From IMG/VR virus record IMGVR_UViG_3300033507_000092, positions 1 through 30,889 of that record: DNA of 30,889 nucleotides. The stretch is one strand, 5' to 3'. Of this stretch, positions 15,648 to 22,760 are shown piece by piece. The position numbers and the translations under genes were made by a program. The notes below the pieces were generated by a model. The model was given only the letters and a program-made list of their open reading frames with translations, had not been told where the DNA came from and searched no databases. This DNA is from a virus. Lineage: Duplodnaviria; Caudoviricetes. Each line of letters starts with the position of its first letter. The stretch's first letter is position 1.

Positions 15648-15913
15648 GCCCGCATCCCCCACGCCTGGGCCAGTGCAGCGCCGCCGTCGGTGTGGCGGGC
15701 GGGCGATTCATCGGCGGCGGCGAAGTACACGCCCGGCACCCCGCGCACCAGGTGCGCGTTCAGGTTCTGCAGCTCGCCGCGCTTGACGAGGTTACGCACG
15801 GACCAGATCACTTTCGACTCGTTGCCGAACTTGGCCACGATCTCGGCGCGCGTGCGTGGCGTAGCGCAGAAAGCGCGGATGGCCTGGGCGTGTGAAGTTG
15901 GTGGGCGTGGCAT
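15644..15913 (-). CDS. Hypothetical winged-helix-like protein
   Basis: IRAFCATPRTRAEIV...SVRNLVKRGEL pattern; ATG 1 nt after the upstream stop. Confidence 0.5.
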   Translation of the reverse strand: MPRPPTSHAQAIRAFCATPRTRAEIVAKFGNESKVIWSVRNLVKRGELQNLNAHLVRGVPGVYFAAADESPARHTDGGAALAQAWGMRA

Positions 15914-15914
15914 G

Positions 15915-16259
15915 TCAGGCGCTGGTGGTGCTGGGCTCGATGACGCCATCGAGCCGAGCCCCAACAGCAGGGGCCAGCGGTGGCGTCTCGGTAGCAGTGC
16001 AGCACGTCGGGCCCTCGGGCTGCGCCCAATACAGGACCGTGCCCCACACGTCATCGCCGGTGGCGACGTCAAGCCAGCGCTCGCCGGTCCACCAGCCGCC
16101 GCACCAGTAGGTGATGCCGGCGCGGTCCTTGAACCACACCATCACCGTGAGCTCGGCATCGGGCAGGCAGCCGGCGGCCACGCTGTGCCACTCCAGAAGC
16201 TCGGCGGTCTGCACGGTGATGGCCTGGCCGGGCCTGACAGTGATGACGGCGGGCGCCAC
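15915..16259 (-). CDS. Hypothetical phage protein (DUF551-like)
   Basis: EWHSVA..LPD...GGWWTGERW...VLYWA.P.GP pattern. Confidence 0.55.
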   Translation of the reverse strand: MAPAVITVRPGQAITVQTAELLEWHSVAAGCLPDAELTVMVWFKDRAGITYWCGGWWTGERWLDVATGDDVWGTVLYWAQPEGPTCCTATETPPLAPAVGARLDGVIEPSTTSA

Positions 16260-16265
16260 GGCCGC

Positions 16266-17111
16266 TTACTCCGGACTGCCCAGCAGCACCACGACGCCGG
16301 TCTCTTCGGCGATGCGGGCCCAGGCGCTGCGGAAGGCGGCTTCCAGCGCCTTGTGCGGGCGGACCAGTTCGAACCAGATCGACAGCACGCCTTCCTTCAG
16401 GCGGTAGCGCAGCCGGGCCTGCAGTTCGCTGGGCTCTTCGTTCTCGAAGACGGGGATGCCAAGGGTGATGAACTCGGGCAGCTTCACGCTGCCGCTGTAG
16501 TTGTTCTCCGCGCGCCACTGCAGGTTGTGGCTGCCGTCTTGCAGGCGCTGCGCGGCGACGAAGTGCCCGGCCTGCGCGGTCTCGAAGTTCAGCGCCATTT
16601 CCAGCAGCGCGGCGCCGGCGGGCTGGCGCACGTCGGGCAGGTTGTCTTGCAGGAACTCGGCGAAGGCCAGCTGGCTGAAGTGCTGGCGGTTGGCCTTGTT
16701 CCACAGCAGCCACTCGCGGCTGGGCGGCACCTTGAACTCTGCGCGGAAGCCGCGCCATGCGGGGGCCTGCACCGCGCCGATCTGCAGGGTGCCGAAATCG
16801 TCCAGCACGGCCAGGAAGCTGGCGGGCTCTAGGCTGGCGTAGATGCGCGACTCTTCGAGCTTCTGGTCGTTCACGTAGCGGATGAAGCTGGCCGTGTCGC
16901 GCAGCTTCACCGTGGCGGCGGCGCGCGGCGGCAGGTCGGCCTCGGGCAACTGCTTGAGGGTGTAGCCCTCAGGCACCACGGCGTAGTGCATGCCGTCCGG
17001 GTCGGGGTTCTTGTGGGGCTTGCCCATGGCGGCGGCTGCGTTCAGCAGGGCCTGGGTGTCGCTGGGGGCCGCGGCGAGTGCGGTGGTGGTGGGTTGCGGG
17101 CTGTAGCTCAT
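16266..17111 (-). CDS. DUF2303 / YfdQ-family protein
   Basis: SQLAFAEFLQDNL, LPEFITLGIPVFE and ARLRYR motifs. Confidence 0.85.
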   Translation of the reverse strand: MSYSPQPTTTALAAAPSDTQALLNAAAAMGKPHKNPDPDGMHYAVVPEGYTLKQLPEADLPPRAAATVKLRDTASFIRYVNDQKLEESRIYASLEPASFLAVLDDFGTLQIGAVQAPAWRGFRAEFKVPPSREWLLWNKANRQHFSQLAFAEFLQDNLPDVRQPAGAALLEMALNFETAQAGHFVAAQRLQDGSHNLQWRAENNYSGSVKLPEFITLGIPVFENEEPSELQARLRYRLKEGVLSIWFELVRPHKALEAAFRSAWARIAEETGVVVLLGSPE

Positions 17112-17133
17112 CGGGGTCTTCCGGTGGGGTGGG

Positions 17134-17470
17134 TCAGGCAGCGGCGGCGCTGTTGCCGGTGCTCGCGGCGAGCGTGATGCCGGGCAGCTCGTCTTGCTTG
17201 TGGTGGTGGCGGGTGAGGTTGCCCTCGGGCGTGGGGAAGAGCACCGTGCCGTTGTCGCTGAACGTCGGCGCCTTCACGGAGACCGAGGCCTTCACGACCA
17301 CGGCCTCGGTGCTGCCGCGCATGGGCTTGATCTCGACGGTGAGCTTCAGGCTGCCGCCCTTGTTGGTGCGCTGCACGTCTTGCACCAGCTGCTGCAGGTT
17401 GGCGTCGAGTTCGTCGATGGCCATGCCGGCGCGCACTTCGCGCAGGGTGTCTACAAAACTTCTTCGCATT
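17134..17470 (-). CDS. Conserved partner of DUF2303 (YfdP-like)
   Basis: FVDTLREVRAG...KGGSLKLTVEIKP...FPTPEGNLTR..Q.EL motif; directly upstream of DUF2303. Confidence 0.75.
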
Positions 17471-17942
17471 GCGGGCTTCCTTGGTGGTGGGGGTGGGTGG
17501 GTGAAGGGGTGGGCGCCACCGCGGCGGCCAGGGCGTTGACGCGCGCCTCGCCCCACTCGGCCGCGGCCACGGCGGTGGGCGCGTCTATCAGATCGACCAG
17601 TTCGTCCATCACCTGCACGCCGCGCTTCGCAGCCTGGTATTCGGGCCCGCTGAAGGCCACGCGGCCGGTGCGCTTGAAGCGCTGGATGACGTCGGCCACC
17701 AGCTCGAGCTGCTCGCGCATTTCGTCCTGCGCCACGCCCAGCAGGTCGGCGGCGCGGCTCCAGGTCAGCACGCCGCCGGCCATCTGCCACAGCACGTCTT
17801 CGGTGCCGTGGCCGTGGGCGATGACGTCCAGGTTGACGATGTGCGCCAGGCCCAGGGCTCGCACCTGGTCGGCGGCCAGCTTGGGGCGCAGGGCGCGCGG
17901 CGGCATGGGCACCACCACGCGGCGGCGGCAGTGCTTTCTCAT
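17451..17942 (-). CDS. Conserved hypothetical phage protein
   Basis: MRKHCRRR...LDVIAHGHG...RFKRTGRVAFSGPEY; ATGA coupling. Confidence 0.7.
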   Translation of the reverse strand: MRKHCRRRVVVPMPPRALRPKLAADQVRALGLAHIVNLDVIAHGHGTEDVLWQMAGGVLTWSRAADLLGVAQDEMREQLELVADVIQRFKRTGRVAFSGPEYQAAKRGVQVMDELVDLIDAPTAVAAAEWGEARVNALAAAVAPTPSPTHPHHQGSPQCEEVL

Positions 17943-18187
17943 GCCTGGGCCTGGGCGGTGACGCACACCAGCCAGGGCTGCGCGGCGTGGCGGGTGATGA
18001 CGGCGTGGCCTTCGGCCCACTGCAGGGCCTGGGAGGCCATCTCCACAGCGTCGTCGCAGTGCTCGCGCGGGTCAAGCAGCGGGCGGGTGTCGTACCAGCC
18101 CGTGCCGTCGGGCAGCGTCACGTGCACGCAGTTGGTTTCGATGTCGGCCACCACGAACTTGGCGGCCATGTCGGGCTGTGCGGTCAT
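17939..18187 (-). CDS. Hypothetical protein
   Basis: MTAQPDMAAKFVVADIE...; fills the gap in a coupled operon. Confidence 0.6.
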   Translation of the reverse strand: MTAQPDMAAKFVVADIETNCVHVTLPDGTGWYDTRPLLDPREHCDDAVEMASQALQWAEGHAVITRHAAQPWLVCVTAQAQA

Positions 18188-18195
18188 GGTGGGCT

Positions 18196-18417
18196 TCAGT
18201 CGTCGAAGTCGTTGGCCGCGGCGCGGCGGGCGTCGAAGGTGGGGCGGGCGCGCTGCTGCGCTTCGCGGCTGATGGCGCGCGCGGTGCCGCGCAGCAGCGG
18301 GCTGTACAGCGGGTGCGCCAGGGCCTCCTCCACGGTGGCCGGGCGGCCGGGGCGGTGCAGCTGGCACCAGGCGGCCTGCAGCTGCGCGGGGGTGAGCGCG
18401 CGCTCGGGGTGCTTCAT
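18196..18417 (-). CDS. Hypothetical protein
   Basis: 73 aa ending FDARRAAANDFDD, a recurrent C-terminal motif in small phage proteins. Confidence 0.65.
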   Translation of the reverse strand: MKHPERALTPAQLQAAWCQLHRPGRPATVEEALAHPLYSPLLRGTARAISREAQQRARPTFDARRAAANDFDD

Positions 18418-18420
18418 GGC

Positions 18421-18798
18421 TCAGCCCTGCAGGTGCTGCAACTGAACCCGCAGCGCGTTGGCCTCTCGGCGCATCTGCAGGCAGATCGCCGGCAGGTCGG
18501 CCAGGTCTTCCTCCACCCGGTCGATAGCCCATTCCAGGTCGCGCAGCTTCCAGCGCAGCACGGCCGCGCGCAGGCGGCGGCGGGCAGTGGCCAGCCAGCC
18601 GCTGCGGGTGGGCACCGCCGCAAGCGTGCACAGCTGCGCGGCTTCGCACGGGGTGAGGTAGTGCAGCAGGGCCAGGGCGCCCAGGATGGCCAGCACCAGG
18701 GCGACCAGCACGTCGACGGCTGCGTCGGCGCGGCGGGTGCGCTTCGCGTTCATGGCGTTGATGGCCTGGGCGAAGTGGTTGGCGTCGCGCGGGGTCAT
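18421..18798 (-). CDS. Hypothetical protein with one transmembrane segment
   Basis: VLVALVLAILGALALLHYL hydrophobic stretch; GGAG RBS. Confidence 0.6.
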   Translation of the reverse strand: MTPRDANHFAQAINAMNAKRTRRADAAVDVLVALVLAILGALALLHYLTPCEAAQLCTLAAVPTRSGWLATARRRLRAAVLRWKLRDLEWAIDRVEEDLADLPAICLQMRREANALRVQLQHLQG

Positions 18799-19031
18799 GC
18801 GGCATCTCCTGAGTGCGTGGAAAGTGCAGAGGCGGAGGGCGACTTCCAGTAGTCAGGCAGCAGCGCGGCGTGGAGCGCCGCCGCGTCAGTGGCCGACAGC
18901 AGGCAGCGCATCACGCCGCCGTCAGGCATCTCCAGTGCGATGCCCTGGCCTGAGCCGTCTGCGTTCGGCGGCAGCACGGCGCGCAGTCGCACTGGCGCGA
19001 ACGTGGCAGGCGCTGCGCTGGCGCCGCTCAC
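18795..19031 (-). CDS. Hypothetical protein
   Basis: GTGA overlap start (MSGASAAPATFAPVRL...); ATGA overlap at the end. Confidence 0.5.
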   Translation of the reverse strand: MSGASAAPATFAPVRLRAVLPPNADGSGQGIALEMPDGGVMRCLLSATDAAALHAALLPDYWKSPSASALSTHSGDAA

Positions 19032-19138
19032 GGCCGGCCCCCAGGCAGCGCGATCAGCACGCCGGCCACCAGCACCATGACGAACAGCACGCGCAGCGCC
19101 AGGCGCGCGGCCATGTGGAGTGGGTTTGGGCGCGTCAC
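19028..19138 (-). CDS. 36-aa single-pass membrane peptide (not in ORF track)
   Basis: MTRPNPLHMAARLALRVLFVMVLVAGVLIALPGGRP; GTGA overlaps at both ends. Confidence 0.55.
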   Translation of the reverse strand: MTRPNPLHMAARLALRVLFVMVLVAGVLIALPGGRP

Positions 19139-19491
19139 GATTGCTGGCCCAATGCGCGGGCAATGGCGGCGTCGGCGGCGCGCAGCACGGTGGTGCGCTC
19201 CAGGGCGATGCAGCAGGCGTTGCGCAGGTCTTGCAGCGCCATCAGCAGATCGGGCGCGGCTGCGATCAGAAGGCAGTCGGCGTCGATCTCGGCAAGCGTC
19301 TCGCTGGGCTGGCTGCTTATGAAGCCGAAGCCGCCGCCGGCGTACAGGATGCTGTGCACGGCTGAGCGGGATGGGTCGCGTTCAGCGGGAATCAGCTCGA
19401 GGCCTTCCCACTTCCATGGGCCGGGGGTGTAGCTGGCCGTGGCCTGCGTGGCTTGCGCCAGGGCAGCGGGCTTGTCGGCGGTGAGGTGCAT
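19135..19491 (-). CDS. First early-left gene, hypothetical phage protein
   Basis: YTPGPW...LIAAAPDLL motif family; GGAGAG RBS. Confidence 0.75.
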   Translation of the reverse strand: MHLTADKPAALAQATQATASYTPGPWKWEGLELIPAERDPSRSAVHSILYAGGGFGFISSQPSETLAEIDADCLLIAAAPDLLMALQDLRNACCIALERTTVLRAADAAIARALGQQS

Positions 19492-19530
19492 CGGGCTCTC
19501 CGCTCCCCTGTGTGGTGGGGGAGTGGGGAG

Positions 19531-19564
19531 ACTCTATCCGCGAGCTAGTCTAGCGTCAAGATAG
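19531..19564 (-). promoter_or_regulatory. Early-left promoter (PL) with two operator-like 15-mers
   Basis: TTGACG (19559-19554)-17 nt-TAGAGT (19536-19531); CTATC-N5-GCTAG at 19534-19548 and CTAGC-N5-GATAG at 19550-19564. Confidence 0.75.
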
Positions 19565-19657
19565 CTAAAGCAGTTTTTTCACCTCATGCAAACCCTGCCC
19601 GGCGTGGAGCGGCGTACAAGGCGGGTGCGGCCATCGTCCTGCGACACAATGCGCGTC

Positions 19658-19798
19658 ATGTTCAGTGCCCGCTTCGGCCGTCCTGTGGTGTTGACGCGCC
19701 ACACGCGCCTGCGCATGGTCGAGCGCCAGATCGACGAGGCCCTGCTGCTGCGCGTGCTGGACGAGGGCGGCACCCGCTACAGCGACGCCACCCAGCTG
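19658..19798 (+). pseudogene. 5' fragment of a DUF4258-like (RelE/BrnT-fold) gene
   Basis: MFSARFGRPVVLTRHTRLRMVERQIDEALLLRVLDEG..RY.DAT; similarity ends at CAGCTG 19793-19798. Confidence 0.55.
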
Positions 19799-20113
19799 CG
19801 TGACGTGTGTGGACTCGGCCAGTTCATCCAGGGTGCCGCCGACCAGCTTCTGCAGCACATCCACAAGGTGCAAGCGCTCTTCTGGGGTGATGTTGCCATC
19901 AGCCAGCGCCTGGTCTATGGCGGCGACGATCACGTTGCCGGGCCATGCGTGGGCGATGCTGGCGTTGTTTTGAAGCCAATACTGAAGGAAGCGGATCTCC
20001 TGGTCCGACAGATGGCCATCAGACAGAATTCCTTGAGCGATGCCCAGCAGGGCTCCGCACGATCGGGCAAGGTCGTTCCGGAAGGCGGACGCTTGACGGG
20101 AAAATAAGGTCAT
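19793..20113 (-). pseudogene. 5' fragment of a prophage TerB-like/BRCT-domain gene (BRCT part missing)
   Basis: LLGIAQGILSDG.LSDQEI.FL..WL...WPG...ALADG.IT.EER resembles the N-terminal domain of prophage BRCT proteins; the protein-like signal is lost after ESTHVTQL. Confidence 0.55.
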
Positions 20114-20290
20114 GGGGGTGCGACTCCGTGGGTTGTGCAGGAGGCTGGTGTGTCCGCTTTCACCATAGCCCCCACATCCCCCTGATGCACTCCACCGAAC
20201 AGGGGCGGTCTGAAGGGTGGGCCCGGGGGGAGATTGACCCTTCAGCGCGTTGGCCTGGGCTTCGGTTTGGTAAGGTGTAGACCTGGTCCG

Positions 20291-20719
20291 TCATGCGCCG
20301 TTGGCCTGGCGTTTGGCGGGCGGGGTGCGGAGCAGAACCTGCAGCTCGTCCTGGTGGCGCTTGAGGCCCCGGCGGTGCGCCAGCTTGGCCAGCGTGTCGG
20401 CCACGTCCTGCCGTACGTCATCGGGCATGTCGCGCGCCAACTCGATGCCCAGCACCTCCAGCGCCGCGGCTAGGCTGGGCGGCTGCGGTACTTGCCGGGC
20501 ACTTGGTGGCGCGGTGAATGAGAGCCAGTCGGGATAGTGCCGATACAGCTTCTGTTTCAGCTGCCGGCCAACCCTGCGCGGTTGCCCGGATTCGAGCGGG
20601 ACGCCTTTGACGATCTGATAGATCGACTGTTCGTTGACCCCCAGAACGCGCGCGACTTCCTTGCGCCGCGCGGCTGTGCTCCCGGCTAGGCGCCGAAGTG
20701 CCTCGACTTCAATGTCCAT
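20291..20719 (-). CDS. Phage repressor (cI-like HTH) with no S24 peptidase domain; alternative start at 20737
   Basis: HTH RKEVARVLGVNEQSIYQIVKG; divergent from the cro-like gene. Confidence 0.75.
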   Translation of the reverse strand: MDIEVEALRRLAGSTAARRKEVARVLGVNEQSIYQIVKGVPLESGQPRRVGRQLKQKLYRHYPDWLSFTAPPSARQVPQPPSLAAALEVLGIELARDMPDDVRQDVADTLAKLAHRRGLKRHQDELQVLLRTPPAKRQANGA

Positions 20720-20766
20720 GACCGCAGATTCGAGCATGGCGCTAGCGCGATAGTCACTCTGTAGGC

Positions 20767-20796
20767 TTGACATTGAATCTAGCGTGCGGATAGAGT
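20767..20796 (+). promoter_or_regulatory. Early-right promoter (PR) with overlapping operator
   Basis: TTGACA-18 nt-TAGAGT; CTAGCGTGCGGATAG at 20779-20793. Confidence 0.75.
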
Positions 20797-20804
20797 CCGC
20801 AGCC

Positions 20805-21089
20805 ATGATCTCAATGCCCGCAACCGAACGTCTTGCCGTCGCCGCCGCCATCGGCGTCAACGAGCAATACCTCTACCAATGCCTGACGCGGCGGCGGCCG
20901 ACGCCCCCAGACCGCTGCCCCGCGATCGAGCGCGCCACCGAAGGCCGCGTGACCTGCGAGGAACTGCGCCCCGACGTTCACTGGCAGCGCGTGCCCGACC
21001 CCGCATGGCCGCACCCTGGCGGCAGGCCGTGCATCGACGTGGCGGCGCCCGTCGCGCAGGCGCAGCAGGAGGTGCGTGATGCAGCCTAG
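20805..21089 (+). CDS. Cro-like regulator (YdaS family)
   Basis: CPAIERATEGRVTCEELRPDV.W is the YdaS/Cro signature; N-terminal HTH. Confidence 0.85.
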   Translation: MISMPATERLAVAAAIGVNEQYLYQCLTRRRPTPPDRCPAIERATEGRVTCEELRPDVHWQRVPDPAWPHPGGRPCIDVAAPVAQAQQEVRDAA

Positions 21090-21330
21090 CCCCATGCGCG
21101 GCCACGTCCCGCCGCGACCGTTTCCGGCGCCGCTTCCGGCGCCGCTTCCGATGCCGTCCGTGATGAGCCAAACCAACCGCGTGCGCGTGCTGCTTGCCAG
21201 TGACGGCTCTGTCGTCAACGTCTGCAGGGTCGCAGGGGAACGGGTCGTCTGCGTGATCTGGCAGCGGCCAGTCAGCGTTGCCGAGGGGCCGTTCGTGTCA
21301 ATCTTCGAGGGCGAGGCCGCGCCCGCATGA
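21076..21330 (+). CDS. Hypothetical protein
   Basis: GGAGG RBS; Pro-rich N-terminus built from 12-bp repeats; ATGA coupling to the next gene. Confidence 0.45.
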   Translation: MMQPSPMRGHVPPRPFPAPLPAPLPMPSVMSQTNRVRVLLASDGSVVNVCRVAGERVVCVIWQRPVSVAEGPFVSIFEGEAAPA

Positions 21331-21578
21331 GCAGCCCCGCCACGTCCCCCTGGTTCCCGGCCCTGGTGAACCCCTGCCGCCCGGGCTGGTACGAAATCCT
21401 GTGGGCGGGCTTCACCGACGAGAACCTGCCCAACGGCCGCTGGCGCTGGGACGGCCAGGTGTGGCGCGACGCCACCAACCGCCCGCGCCAGATGTGGGTG
21501 CATGACCAGTGGCGCGGCCTGGCTGCGCCCGCCGAAGCCGCTGCCGGCGAAGCGCCGGGCGAACTTTCCAAGGGCTGA
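21327..21578 (+). CDS. Hypothetical Trp-rich phage protein
   Basis: SPWFP...P.RPGWYE...WDGQVW...WRGLA motif. Confidence 0.65.
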   Translation: MSSPATSPWFPALVNPCRPGWYEILWAGFTDENLPNGRWRWDGQVWRDATNRPRQMWVHDQWRGLAAPAEAAAGEAPGELSKG

Positions 21579-21653
21579 GGTGGTGCATCTCATGACCCGC
21601 AATGTGCAACCCGTGCCGCTGCCCAGCAATGGCACCCCTTCGGGCCCGATGCC

Positions 21654-22139
21654 ATGGACGTACTGACCGCCGCCTTCAACGTGGTGCACGACTACCCCGG
21701 GGGGGCGCCGGCCCTGGCCACGCGCCTGGGCAAGGCCTCGAGCACGCTGAGCCACGAGGTGCAGGCCGGCTATCCGGGCGCGAAGTTCGGGCTGCTCGAC
21801 GCGCTGAAGGTGACGAAGCTGAGCGGCGATCTGGGCATCCTGAACAGCTTCGCGGCCGAGTGCGGGTGCCTGGTGCTGCCGGTGATGGCTGGGGTGCTGC
21901 CGGTGATGGCTGGGGTGGGGTCGGGCGACGGCGCGATGTTGGCGCTGAGCAAGCTGGCGACGGAGTTCGGCGACGTGGTGAGCGAGGTGTCGAAGTCGCT
22001 GGCCGACGGCAGCGTGAGCGACAACGAGCTGCTGCGCGTGGAGCGCGAGGCCGGCGAACTGGTGGCCGCCGTGCAGGCGGTGCTGGTGATGCTGCGGCAG
22101 AGCAACGACGCGGCGCGGCGTGAGCGGGGTGCGCGGTGA
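21654..22139 (+). CDS. Phage regulatory CII-family protein (186/P2-type, CP76-like)
   Basis: VVHDYPGGAPALA.RLG and EFGDV...SLADG.VS.NE motifs. Confidence 0.8.
   Translation: MDVLTAAFNVVHDYPGGAPALATRLGKASSTLSHEVQAGYPGAKFGLLDALKVTKLSGDLGILNSFAAECGCLVLPVMAGVLPVMAGVGSGDGAMLALSKLATEFGDVVSEVSKSLADGSVSDNELLRVEREAGELVAAVQAVLVMLRQSNDAARRERGAR
21872..21917 (+). repeat. Perfect 21-bp tandem duplication inside the cII-like gene
   Basis: GGTGCTGCCGGTGATGGCTGG twice, then GGTG; encodes VLPVMAG twice. Confidence 0.9.
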
Positions 22140-22384
22140 AGGGCCCGGTGGGTGCGGCGTCGAAGCCGCAGCACGTAGTGCGGGCGCCCGATGCGGACGG
22201 CCGGCGTGCGTGCAGCCGGCGCCGCGTTGACCTGGCGCCGGATGAAGCGTACTGGCCGGGCTACTTCACGGCGCTGGTGCGCCAGCACAACTGGCCGCCC
22301 CAGTTCCAGCCGCATTGCCTGGGCGATGGTGGCCGAAAGAAGCTGGGCCGTCCGGGCTTGGTTCTGACGAATGCCGCCTCGTGA
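22136..22384 (+). CDS. Hypothetical protein
   Basis: GTGA coupling to the cII-like gene. Confidence 0.4.
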   Translation: MKGPVGAASKPQHVVRAPDADGRRACSRRRVDLAPDEAYWPGYFTALVRQHNWPPQFQPHCLGDGGRKKLGRPGLVLTNAAS

Positions 22385-22619
22385 GGGCGCGCGCGTTGGG
22401 GAGGGCGCGATTGATCCGCGCGGATACACCTACACCGAGGCTTGCCGCCACGAGTGCGAGGTGCGCTACGTGCTGCGGATGCCGAGCCGACAGCAGCGAG
22501 CCGAATACCTTGACGGTGTTGAAAGGCGAAGGGGCAAGCTTGCAACCGATCGTCTGCGCGCAGACGTTGCAGCGGCGTGGCGTGCCGCGCGAGAGGCAAT
22601 ACCCCGCACCCCCGAGTGA
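22371..22619 (+). CDS. Conserved small phage protein
   Basis: RHECEVRYVL...RAEYL.GVERRRG..A..RLR.DV motif. Confidence 0.6.
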   Translation: MPPREGARVGEGAIDPRGYTYTEACRHECEVRYVLRMPSRQQRAEYLDGVERRRGKLATDRLRADVAAAWRAAREAIPRTPE

Positions 22620-22686
22620 TGCGTGGCGCGGCGACGCGGGCGCTGCCTCGGTTCACCCACGCGGTGAACACCTTGCGCCGAGCTTT

Positions 22687-22736
22687 GGGTCCTTCCTGGG
22701 CGACATCGGTGCGGGTACGCAGAGCCGCCGTTTTCG
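22687..22736 (+). other. Lambda-like cos site candidate
   Basis: GGGTCCT (identical to lambda cosQ), then GCG-GGTACGCAGAGC-CGC, then GTTTTCG, in an intergenic gap. Confidence 0.6.
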
Positions 22737-22760
22737 TGTAGACAGTGGGGCGCTGGCACG

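Noticed and set aside
19565-20113. 182-aa and 173-aa overlapping ORFs as intact genes
   Set aside because: Better explained as read-through of two truncated convergent genes.
20210-20245. CTGAAGGGT/ACCCTTCAG inverted repeat as a terminator
   Set aside because: Large loop and no U-tract on either strand; function cannot be supported.
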